From a virus, in IMG/VR virus record IMGVR_UViG_3300030328_003747, positions 32,001 through 96,000 of that record: a stretch of 64,000 nt of DNA. One strand, given 5' to 3'. The notes below the pieces were generated by a model, which was not told the origin of the DNA, searched no databases, and worked only from the letters and a program-made list of their open reading frames with translations. The first letter of the stretch is position 1; each line of letters begins with the position of its first letter. A program made the translations under genes and the position numbers. Of this stretch, positions 1 to 7,685 are shown in pieces.

Positions 1-44
1 AACTCAAAAAGAGTTTATAACTTTAGAAAATTTTAGATCTATTT

Positions 45-266
45 TTGAAACTTATTGGAAAGCAATTTATGAGCAAAAAGGAAGAACTAAACACTAGATT
101 TGAAGAAAGGGGTTTTGATAGGGTTGCTTTAAAATGGGTGCCCAAAAACCCATATGGCAAAAAACATAAGGCTAGTGGTTGGGTGTATAAGCTTCATGGA
201 GATACAGAGTGGTCATCACTTGGAAACAACTTTGAAGAAGCTTTAAAAGAAATAGATTTAATATAA
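45..266 (+). CDS. hypothetical phage protein
   Basis: 73-aa ORF converging on the leftward early array; no recognised motif. Confidence 0.5.
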   Translation: MKLIGKQFMSKKEELNTRFEERGFDRVALKWVPKNPYGKKHKASGWVYKLHGDTEWSSLGNNFEEALKEIDLI

Positions 267-473
267 ATTAATCACATTTTCTGACACACAAGCTACTACC
301 AGTAAAGCTTTTTTTACATCTTCTTTTGATAAATCTTCAGGATATCCAGTTAATAAATTTTCATCTTGATAAGAATTTTTATTGTCTTTTTTTAATTCTC
401 TAGCTACTTTTATTATTAATTCTTTTACTAACATGGAACCTTCAATCTTATAAAAAAAAAGTTGCTCATTCAA
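258..473 (-). CDS. hypothetical phage protein
   Basis: 71-aa ORF at the end of the leftward array. Confidence 0.4.
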   Translation of the reverse strand: MNEQLFFYKIEGSMLVKELIIKVARELKKDNKNSYQDENLLTGYPEDLSKEDVKKALLVVACVSENVINLY

Positions 474-528
474 TGAATAAGCAACTTATATTTTGGGTTT
501 ATTTTCTAATTATCTATTGACAGATAAT

Positions 529-756
529 TTAAGTTATGAAGTTGCGAGGGTCTTTAAACTTCTCTTCAATTTCCCAATCTTCTTTGCTGAGTATGTCCCC
601 ATTTTCTATCATGGTTTCAGCAGTTCTACCAAACCACCCCTGCAATCTCCAAGCCATACCAGTATTAACTAAGATTTGCCAAGCCTTTAAATATTGCTTT
701 CTGTTTTTGGGTTCATTAACACCCTCAGCAATCATAATAGCCTCATAATTTGTCAT
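529..756 (-). CDS. small early phage protein
   Basis: GGAGG RBS; AWQxLVxTGxAWxLQGWFGR motif recurrent in phage early proteins. Confidence 0.7.
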   Translation of the reverse strand: MTNYEAIMIAEGVNEPKNRKQYLKAWQILVNTGMAWRLQGWFGRTAETMIENGDILSKEDWEIEEKFKDPRNFIT

Positions 757-902
757 TTCGACCTCCTTTTGTCCGCCTCTTCATAGGTTGTAAACCTATA
801 GCCACAGGCTAAACATTCTCTCCGTCTTTTCATCATTCTACCATCTGCCATTGGTCTTGTATCTAAAACTTTGGTTTTGTTTTTACATTCTGTACACTTC
901 AT
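753..902 (-). CDS. NrdR-like N-terminal zinc-ribbon protein (49 aa, not in ORF track)
   Basis: Manual translation [41 protein letters not shown] matches the NrdR N-terminal pattern CxxC...V.D.R...RRRECxxCxxRFTTYE; ATGA overlaps with both neighbours. Confidence 0.75.
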   Translation of the reverse strand: MKCTECKNKTKVLDTRPMADGRMMKRRRECLACGYRFTTYEEADKRRSK

Positions 903-1042
903 TTGTCCGCCTCATCACAGTTGGTCACACTCTTTCTAGATTTTTTTTCATGGTTTATTAAGTTTATAACCCACACAAAGTAAGCCATGATCATGAGGAT
1001 AGCAACACCCATAACAAAGTTAAATATGTCAGTCATCATCAT
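899..1042 (-). CDS. small single-TM membrane protein (not in ORF track)
   Basis: Manual translation ..[31 protein letters not shown]..; coupled start/stop with neighbours. Confidence 0.6.
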   Translation of the reverse strand: MMMTDIFNFVMGVAILMIMAYFVWVINLINHEKKSRKSVTNCDEADK

Positions 1043-1275
1043 ACCTCTCCTGTTATACACTTACGCATATAATCTTTAGTCCATTTAAAATCTTTATAAG
1101 AAAAACAGTCATGACATTCTGCATACATATCTGTCAGACAATATAAATCTACTTCTGTTTCTTCCTTTTCTTTGACAAAAAGGTAGTGTCCTACTTTAGC
1201 AACTTTATTAATATCAGACCTCTTAAACATGTGTCCTCTATTGTTTAGCCATTGGATAGCATCATCTATTTTCAT
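1039..1275 (-). CDS. hypothetical early protein
   Basis: 78 aa, RBS, part of coupled array. Confidence 0.6.
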   Translation of the reverse strand: MKIDDAIQWLNNRGHMFKRSDINKVAKVGHYLFVKEKEETEVDLYCLTDMYAECHDCFSYKDFKWTKDYMRKCITGEV

Positions 1276-1444
1276 TATTCACCTCCTCAAATTCAATATC
1301 GGTTATTTCTTTATCCTCTAGTTCAATATTATGTTCTTCTCTAAAAGACTGTTTAACCCATTCTTTATATTCTTCTTCTGTTTCACACTCTCTACCCATA
1401 TCGAATACAGAATATGTTATTGTGCTAGTCCAACTTTTCATCAT
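1262..1444 (-). CDS. small acidic early protein, paralogous to C-terminal half of 43807..44118
   Basis: WTSTITY...GRECETEEEY...VKQSF.EEHNI shared with the ORF at 43807. Confidence 0.75.
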   Translation of the reverse strand: MMKSWTSTITYSVFDMGRECETEEEYKEWVKQSFREEHNIELEDKEITDIEFEEVNNENR

Positions 1445-1790
1445 TCACCTCCTCCAAATCCAAAACTGTTTTCTGTTCTTGTTTGCTAAGTTTTTCTGCA
1501 TAAAAATAAACTACTGCTACACAACCTTTCCCATGAAATACCTGAGAGAATCCTTTAGTTGTACATTCTTCTATTCTATAATCTACCTCACTAGGTATAT
1601 CAGAACAGCCAAGCATTACTGCTACATCATCTACTGTTAATCTACTCATCATTTCCTCCTGTTTTTTAGTCAATTCATATTCTTCTTCAGTAAGATAAGA
1701 GTAAGAAGATAAAAACTCTGCTTTAGTTAAGAGTTTAAAATCTCTCATCTTCTCTTTGTCGTCTGTAAAGTCTTTGTAATTAGTCATCAT
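1425..1790 (-). CDS. hypothetical early protein
   Basis: Likely start at MMTNYKDF after GGAGG RBS; EFLSSYSYLTEEEY motif. Confidence 0.6.
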   Translation of the reverse strand: MMTNYKDFTDDKEKMRDFKLLTKAEFLSSYSYLTEEEYELTKKQEEMMSRLTVDDVAVMLGCSDIPSEVDYRIEECTTKGFSQVFHGKGCVAVVYFYAEKLSKQEQKTVLDLEEVNDEKLD

Positions 1791-1969
1791 GCTTCCTCCC
1801 GTTTTTTCTTCCAATGATCTAAATTAAAAATATTTTTTTTAGTCTTAGTTTCCCATATAGAGATAAAATCTTGGGGCTCCTCATCTTCTTTATGTTGCAC
1901 ATATATAGTTAAATTTTTAGTCTGTATATATGTACAATATTGATTAAGATGATCTACTTTAAGTGCCAT
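1787..1969 (-). CDS. hypothetical early protein
   Basis: Likely start MALKVDH after GGAGGG RBS (track ORF extends to 2047). Confidence 0.5.
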   Translation of the reverse strand: MALKVDHLNQYCTYIQTKNLTIYVQHKEDEEPQDFISIWETKTKKNIFNLDHWKKKREEA

Positions 1970-2261
1970 CAAATTCCCTCCTTTCATCTTCTGTAAGACA
2001 TTTGTAATGAACAATAATATTGCCATCATCAAGACATATGTCCTCATCTAATGGTATGAGTTCATCACACCTATCACATGGTATAGCCATACACTCTGCA
2101 CAAGCATAACCATCACGATACTCACCATCTGCAAAGATAACTTTGCCATCTTTATCAGTCGCTTCGTAATCTGCGTCTGCGGGAATCCTGTTGACAAATC
2201 TACCACTACCAAAAGAAGTATCTTCGCCACAGTGAACACATCTATTACCTATGTCACTCAT
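1959..2261 (-). CDS. Cys-rich (three CxxC) zinc-binding early protein
   Basis: CVHC, CAEC, CDRC; GRFVNRIPAD motif; RBS GGAGGTCGAAATG. Confidence 0.65.
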   Translation of the reverse strand: MSDIGNRCVHCGEDTSFGSGRFVNRIPADADYEATDKDGKVIFADGEYRDGYACAECMAIPCDRCDELIPLDEDICLDDGNIIVHYKCLTEDERREFDGT

Positions 2262-2587
2262 TTCGACCTCCATAGTCTTCTCAGCTTACCTATATAGACA
2301 AACAAAGGAATGAAGAACAAACCTATTAGACATCCAATTGCAGTTCCAAAAGCTAACTCCCATGAGCCAGTCACTGCTCCTCCTAGAAAATCAGATACTG
2401 TATTACCAATACCCGCTCCAAATACTGCTCCTAAACCAGTTTGATACCGCTTAGGCAAATACTTCTCTACCTCATAACCAGTCATTGCTCCTAAGATCAT
2501 GATTCCGTTATCAGTTATTCCGTAATAAATATAATTGCTTGATATTTGAATCAAGAAATTAAAAAATTCAATTACATATTCAATCAT
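2258..2587 (-). CDS. TMEM65/VIT1-like multi-pass membrane protein
   Basis: G.TDNGIMI and GAGIGNTVSDFLGG resemble the TMEM65/VIT1 GxxDN and GNxxSD motifs; three Gly-rich hydrophobic segments. Confidence 0.55.
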   Translation of the reverse strand: MIEYVIEFFNFLIQISSNYIYYGITDNGIMILGAMTGYEVEKYLPKRYQTGLGAVFGAGIGNTVSDFLGGAVTGSWELAFGTAIGCLIGLFFIPLFVYIGKLRRLWRSK

Positions 2588-2793
2588 TTTCCCTCCTGTA
2601 TTGCATTTAACATATCGTTAAGTCTTTGTTCTTCTTGATCTTCATCAAGCTCTTCATCTGCTTTGATATTATCCCAATCAAATACAATCACTCCATTACT
2701 ATCGTTGTGAACTTCTTGTACAAGACCACCCTCAACTTCAATAATTACTGTATCAGTGCTTATGCCTAATTCTTCTAGTGTTGGTCTAGCCAT
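2584..2793 (-). CDS. small acidic early protein
   Basis: IEVEGGLVQEV...VFDWDN motif; coupled array. Confidence 0.6.
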   Translation of the reverse strand: MARPTLEELGISTDTVIIEVEGGLVQEVHNDSNGVIVFDWDNIKADEELDEDQEEQRLNDMLNAIQEGK

Positions 2794-3323
2794 TATTCAC
2801 CCCCCTTGATAGCAAAGCTGTCCACTTTTGAAAGTCTTTCGTCTTTTTCTTGAGTAGTCAGCTCATCCCAATCGGGAGGAAAAGAAAGACCGTCAAGATT
2901 CTCATAAAATCTCTTCCTGTATTTAATAGAAGCTTCTTTATCATCCTGACATAGTAGATCAAACATAGCTGACACCATGCCCACAGTCTTCAATGAATCA
3001 CTAGCAGAAGAGCCATCTAGAACCCCGTGAGGCTCTAGATATTCTTTAGCTACTGTCTTAAAGTCGTCAAAAGATAATCTTGCGTCCTTAGGCTCTCCAA
3101 TCCAGTTAAGATGTTTTCCAGTAGTATTACCCCAACAATTCTCAACAGAAACTAGCTGATAATTAGGAACCTTGAAAGCTACTAAAGTCTCACAAGAAAA
3201 GTATAGCTCTATGCCATCTTTACTATATACATCACAATGAGCCTTACGGAGTTGATAAGCTCTGTTACCCTCTCCGTAAGTATCTCTATGCATACCGTTT
3301 AAATTAAAATCTATCTTTTTCAT
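2793..3323 (-). CDS. conserved phage early protein
   Basis: 176 aa; YFSxETLVAF...ENxWGxTTGKHLNWI motif. Confidence 0.7.
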   Translation of the reverse strand: MKKIDFNLNGMHRDTYGEGNRAYQLRKAHCDVYSKDGIELYFSCETLVAFKVPNYQLVSVENCWGNTTGKHLNWIGEPKDARLSFDDFKTVAKEYLEPHGVLDGSSASDSLKTVGMVSAMFDLLCQDDKEASIKYRKRFYENLDGLSFPPDWDELTTQEKDERLSKVDSFAIKGGE

Positions 3324-3511
3324 GATTTCTCCTCATATTCTTCTATTGTTATCTCAACACCTAAATCATCATCAGTTTTTAAAATGCTTTCTAACTGACA
3401 TTGTACAAGGTCGTATTTATCTCCCAAATGATAGAAATCCAAATGATAGAAAATTACTTCATCATTATCGTCAAACATTTTTAATGTCTTTATAAGGTCT
3501 TTAACTTTCAT
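3320..3511 (-). CDS. small early protein (MKVKDLI..L type)
   Basis: Common phage small-protein N-terminus; coupled. Confidence 0.6.
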   Translation of the reverse strand: MKVKDLIKTLKMFDDNDEVIFYHLDFYHLGDKYDLVQCQLESILKTDDDLGVEITIEEYEEKS

Positions 3512-3921
3512 TCTTCACCTCCTGTTTTTGATTTTCCATTAGGAAATTTTAAATCGTTATATGCTAAAAGGGCTTTATGGTCTCCCATAAGCTGAGTTCT
3601 TGCTATGAGTTCAGCAATTTGGTCAGGACTCTGATAATCATAAAAATCTATAGCTAAACCCTCATTTCTTAAATCTTCAGGTGGTGTTATCATTACCTCA
3701 GCATTATCAGCAAAAGAATATAAAATATCATCTTTCCCTATATTTGATTTAATGAATCTTGTTTCTTTTCCTAACTCCCTTGAATAGCTTTGACTAAACC
3801 AAGATACAGACACTTCCCAACCATTAGCAAAAACCATATGAAAAGCTTTTCCTACATGAGGAGCTTTATTGCTACTTGCTTTCTCGTGGGCTATGCCAAG
3901 TTTTTTCCATTCATCTTTCAT
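3508..3921 (-). CDS. hypothetical early protein
   Basis: 137 aa, GGAG RBS; FxNGWxVSV motif. Confidence 0.65.
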   Translation of the reverse strand: MKDEWKKLGIAHEKASSNKAPHVGKAFHMVFANGWEVSVSWFSQSYSRELGKETRFIKSNIGKDDILYSFADNAEVMITPPEDLRNEGLAIDFYDYQSPDQIAELIARTQLMGDHKALLAYNDLKFPNGKSKTGGEE

Positions 3922-3947
3922 AATTTTCTCCTATATAAAGAGAGAGC

Positions 3948-4199
3948 CTAAACTCTCTCTTTGTAATACTCCAATTCTTCCCTTACAAAATATGCAAGTT
4001 GCTTGTAATAAGAATTAATATTTTTTTCTTCCAAGTTTGCTAAACAATCTAACGCATGGATAAAATGGTTGTTTAATTTTTCCACTTCAAGAATGTCTAG
4101 GTTAGATAGAGAATTCTCTACATCATTAGCAAGCTTGCAATCAAATAGGTCTGGTTTATAGACCAATTCACGAATTTCTTTATAGTTTAGGTTATTCAT
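3948..4199 (-). CDS. first gene of leftward early array A
   Basis: ATG at 4199 after AAGGAGA RBS. Confidence 0.6.
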   Translation of the reverse strand: MNNLNYKEIRELVYKPDLFDCKLANDVENSLSNLDILEVEKLNNHFIHALDCLANLEEKNINSYYKQLAYFVREELEYYKERV

Positions 4200-4231
4200 A
4201 TTTCTCCTTAAAAATGTAAACATTGATTACA

Positions 4232-4261
4232 ATAGTAAGGGTACACTATATGTAGTGTCAA
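4232..4261 (-). promoter_or_regulatory. sigma70-like promoter for early array A, with overlapping inverted repeat
   Basis: Minus strand TTGACA-N18-TACTAT; ACACTA-TATG-TAGTGT inverted repeat at 4243-4258. Confidence 0.55.
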
Positions 4262-4354
4262 GAATTAATTTGATTATTTTTTTAATTAAGTGGCATTATT
4301 TGCCCCAATTCTGTATCTTTAGTGCATTACATACTATTGAAATAATTTAAATAA

Positions 4355-4609
4355 ATGGAATTAAAACACTTAGAAATGCGTTTAGATAGTCTTGAAAAGA
4401 AAATGGAGGAGGTGCATAAGCTGACTTCTATTTTGCCAAGACTTGAAGAAAGAATAATAAGTCAAAAAGATGATCTAGCTGATCATGAAGTAAGACTAAG
4501 AACCCTTGAAGCTTCCCAGTCAAAGGGTAATGTTTATGTTGGATGGCTAGAAAGATTCATTTGGGCTTTAATTGTTGGTGTTGCGGGAGCATTAATCTAT
4601 GTTCTTTAA
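4355..4609 (+). CDS. putative holin / XhlA-like coiled-coil plus C-terminal TM protein
   Basis: Coiled coil then one TM helix; directly upstream of the putative lysin. Confidence 0.55.
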   Translation: MELKHLEMRLDSLEKKMEEVHKLTSILPRLEERIISQKDDLADHEVRLRTLEASQSKGNVYVGWLERFIWALIVGVAGALIYVL

Positions 4610-5024
4610 AAATAATATAAAAGCTTCACTGGAAAGATTCGCATATCTTCCTGATGGAACATTAGGAAAATTAACAGTAAAAGATGAAGTATTTTTTATT
4701 GCGGAGCGACCATGGCGGGGGAATAAAAAAGAAATCAGCTGTATCCCACTAGGAACATATAACTGTAAGGCATATACAAGTAAAAAGTTTGGACAAACAT
4801 TTGAAGTATGTGATGTCCCCGATAGAACTTATATTTTATTCCATGTTGGAAATTTTCCCGAGAAAGATAGTCACGGATGTTTATTAGTTGGCAGTAGTCT
4901 TATGAAGAATCAAACCGCTGTTTCTGCTAGTAAAGTTGCTATGGATAAATTTAGAGAGATTCTAAAAGATGTTGAAAGCTTTGAACTTGAAGTTAAAGAC
5001 ACAACCCCATACGACTGGTCATAA
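4599..5024 (+). CDS. DUF5675-type putative endolysin
   Basis: TLGKL..., SCIPxGTY, VPDRTYILFHVGN...DSHGCLLVG motifs. Confidence 0.7.
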   Translation: MFFKNNIKASLERFAYLPDGTLGKLTVKDEVFFIAERPWRGNKKEISCIPLGTYNCKAYTSKKFGQTFEVCDVPDRTYILFHVGNFPEKDSHGCLLVGSSLMKNQTAVSASKVAMDKFREILKDVESFELEVKDTTPYDWS

Positions 5025-5478
5025 AACTAGATCATGTCGAAACTGCGGGAAAAGAAAACCCATAACCAAATTTGAGATCACAAAGGGCTATAGGCTCAGA
5101 ACTTGCCGAACCTGCCGACAATCGGGGAAAAGAAAAAGAATCAGTCAATGCCCGTATGCGTATATAAACAACCTATACTATCAGCTAAGTCATAGAAGAA
5201 AGCAGACACATGAATTTACTATAAGCAAAGAAGACTTACACAAAGTATATGAGAAGCAAAAGGGACTATGTGCATATACAGGTATCACTATGAGTCATGT
5301 AAAGGATGGCACAGGCAAACATCTAGCAAACATATCGATAGATAGAGTTGATAATAGCAAAGGCTACACTAAGCAAAATATTGCTTTAGTGTGCCTTGCT
5401 ACTAACATGATGAAGTACACTATGAGCTTAAAAGATTTGAAGAAATGGTGTACACTTATATCAAGCTATAAGAGGTAA
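4969..5478 (+). CDS. HNH-type (His-Me) endonuclease with zinc finger
   Basis: CRNC/CRTC; QKGLCAYTG; SIDRVDNSKGYTKQNIALVCLATNMMK. Confidence 0.75.
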   Translation: MLKALNLKLKTQPHTTGHKTRSCRNCGKRKPITKFEITKGYRLRTCRTCRQSGKRKRISQCPYAYINNLYYQLSHRRKQTHEFTISKEDLHKVYEKQKGLCAYTGITMSHVKDGTGKHLANISIDRVDNSKGYTKQNIALVCLATNMMKYTMSLKDLKKWCTLISSYKR

Positions 5479-5483
5479 TAACA

Positions 5484-5894
5484 ATGGCAATCAAAGATAA
5501 GACAATGAAGCAAAGAAAAGCTGAATTTGTTCAGCATTTTCTTGTGACAAAGAACGCAACTGAATCAGCAAAGAGAACTGGATACTCAGAAAAGAGTGCA
5601 TATAATCAAGGGCACAGACTGATGAATGATGATGAAGTCTGCGAAATGCTTGCAAAAGAGTTATCGGAATCAAAAGAACGCAACCTACAAGACCATGACG
5701 ACATCATAGAGCGATTAAAAGAGGAAGCATTAGGAGATGTTCAGGGTCATACCGCAGGCTCCCGTGTAAAGGCTCTAGAGCTTTTAATGAAATACTATCA
5801 GATGATTGACTCAAGTCAGAAGCTTGAACTATCTATGAAGGATTCATGGTTTGATACCCTAGATTTAGAGGAAAAAGCAGATCACCTAAACTAG
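5484..5894 (+). CDS. terS: terminase small subunit (module A)
   Basis: FVQHFL..NATESAKRTGYSEKSAYNQGHRL HTH; RVKALELL; upstream of terL. Confidence 0.85.
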   Translation: MAIKDKTMKQRKAEFVQHFLVTKNATESAKRTGYSEKSAYNQGHRLMNDDEVCEMLAKELSESKERNLQDHDDIIERLKEEALGDVQGHTAGSRVKALELLMKYYQMIDSSQKLELSMKDSWFDTLDLEEKADHLN

Positions 5895-6101
5895 GGGATT
5901 CTTTATTGTAAGTTTTATTTTTTATTTTTTTTCTTTTATTTTCTATAAAATGAGCATAAATCTCATACCCAAACCTCACACGCATATAAGAACCCCGTAC
6001 CGTACAACACGCATGAATAAAGGGGCGGGGGGTGCTGGTCAGGGTACCATCATACACATATATACCCATATCCCCTATGACCTTAAGGGGGGTATGTAAT
6101 T

Positions 6102-7682
6102 TTGGAAACCCAAACAGAAAAAAATAAAATACAAAAAATTATAAATACCTTTAAAACGAATCTCAGTCAATACGCTAAAAACTGTTTAAAAATTATAAAT
6201 AAACAAGGAAAGCTAATTCCACTAGAATTTAACGAAGCACAGACCCAACTAGACAAACAAATAAGGAAACAATATAAAAAAAATGGCAGAGTGAGAATGT
6301 TAATTTTAAAATCTCGTCAGACAGGGATATCTACCTACTGCCAGGCGAGAGGATTTTGGAAGACAGTTTCAGCACAAAATCAAAACGCTGTAGTAGTTTC
6401 ACATCTTAATGAATCTACTAAAGCTATTTTTAGTATGGTAAAAAACTTTTACGACAACTTACCCCACCCATTAGTAACCCCCGACTTAAAAGAATCTACT
6501 ACTAATTCTATGGCTTTTACTCATGGATCTCGTTGGAGAATAGCTACAGCCCGAACAGGCGAGGTTGGTCGTGGCTGGACAACTAATTATTTACACGGCT
6601 CTGAGGTAGCCTTTTATCCGAATGCGGACATAATCCCCGGGTTACTTCAGACCGTACCAGAAGCAGAGTCAGAAATATTATTAGAATCTACTGCTAATGG
6701 AGCGGGAGGATGGTTTTATGATGCTTGTATGAGAGCACTGCGGGGGGAAGGAGAGTGGGATATATGTTTTATTCCTTGGTACACAATGTCAGAGTATCGT
6801 AGAAAAGTGGACCCATACTTTGAAATAGAGCCTGAAGAACAAGATATTAAGACTATGTTTAATCTAGATGATAAGCAAATAATGTTTCGGAGATTAAAGA
6901 TTCAGGAATTAGGGGGGGAAGACTTATTTAGACAGGAGTATCCTAGCACCCCGCAAGAAGCATTTTTAACTACTGGTAGATTATTTGTTGAGCCAAAATA
7001 CATAGATCAGGCTGCTGTTGAATGCTATACCCCGATTGAACGCTACGATGTTAGAGAGTCTGAGTTTATCCCGCATGAAAAAGGGCTTCTAAAAATTTTC
7101 GAGAATCCAAAGGATTCTCTCAGGTATTGCATGGGAGTAGATGTTGCAGAGGGTTTGGAGCATGGAGATTATAGTTGTGTTCAGGTTCTTGACCATTTGG
7201 GTAATCAAGTTGCGACCTGGAGCGGTCATGTCGATCCATTTGATCTGGCATACATAGTTGCCAAAATAGGTCATTTTTATAATAAAGCCTGGACTTTGAT
7301 AGAAAGAAACAATCACGGACTTACTACAGTAAGAAAAATACAAGAATTAAATTATCCAAATCTTTATGTTGAACAAACAGTAGATGATGCTTATGTAGAT
7401 AAATTAACTAGGCGGGCAGGGTTTTTAACAACAAGCAAGACAAAACCATTAATTATTGATAACTTAGTACACTTACTACGCCAGGGCGAATCTGGTATAG
7501 TAGATAAAGAGCTAATAGATGAACTGCGAACTTATATCGTAGATGCTAGAGGCATAACAAATGCCCAAGAAGGCTGTTTTGATGATAGAATAATGTCATA
7601 CGCTATTGCTTTATTTGGTTTAAATAGTATGCCAAGAAAACATAGACAAAACTTTAAAAGAATAAAGAAACAATATTTTTAA
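6102..7682 (+). CDS. terL: terminase large subunit (module A)
   Basis: ILKSRQTGIST Walker A, LHGSEVAF Walker B, ESTANG, GVDVAEG, IERNNHG, FDDRIMSYAIA nuclease. Confidence 0.95.
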   Translation: METQTEKNKIQKIINTFKTNLSQYAKNCLKIINKQGKLIPLEFNEAQTQLDKQIRKQYKKNGRVRMLILKSRQTGISTYCQARGFWKTVSAQNQNAVVVSHLNESTKAIFSMVKNFYDNLPHPLVTPDLKESTTNSMAFTHGSRWRIATARTGEVGRGWTTNYLHGSEVAFYPNADIIPGLLQTVPEAESEILLESTANGAGGWFYDACMRALRGEGEWDICFIPWYTMSEYRRKVDPYFEIEPEEQDIKTMFNLDDKQIMFRRLKIQELGGEDLFRQEYPSTPQEAFLTTGRLFVEPKYIDQAAVECYTPIERYDVRESEFIPHEKGLLKIFENPKDSLRYCMGVDVAEGLEHGDYSCVQVLDHLGNQVATWSGHVDPFDLAYIVAKIGHFYNKAWTLIERNNHGLTTVRKIQELNYPNLYVEQTVDDAYVDKLTRRAGFLTTSKTKPLIIDNLVHLLRQGESGIVDKELIDELRTYIVDARGITNAQEGCFDDRIMSYAIALFGLNSMPRKHRQNFKRIKKQYF

Positions 7683-7685
7683 ATT

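Noticed and set aside
5833-6069. Minus-strand 78-aa ORF
   Set aside because: Spans the low-complexity terS-terL intergenic region, has no RBS and is antisense to the operon.
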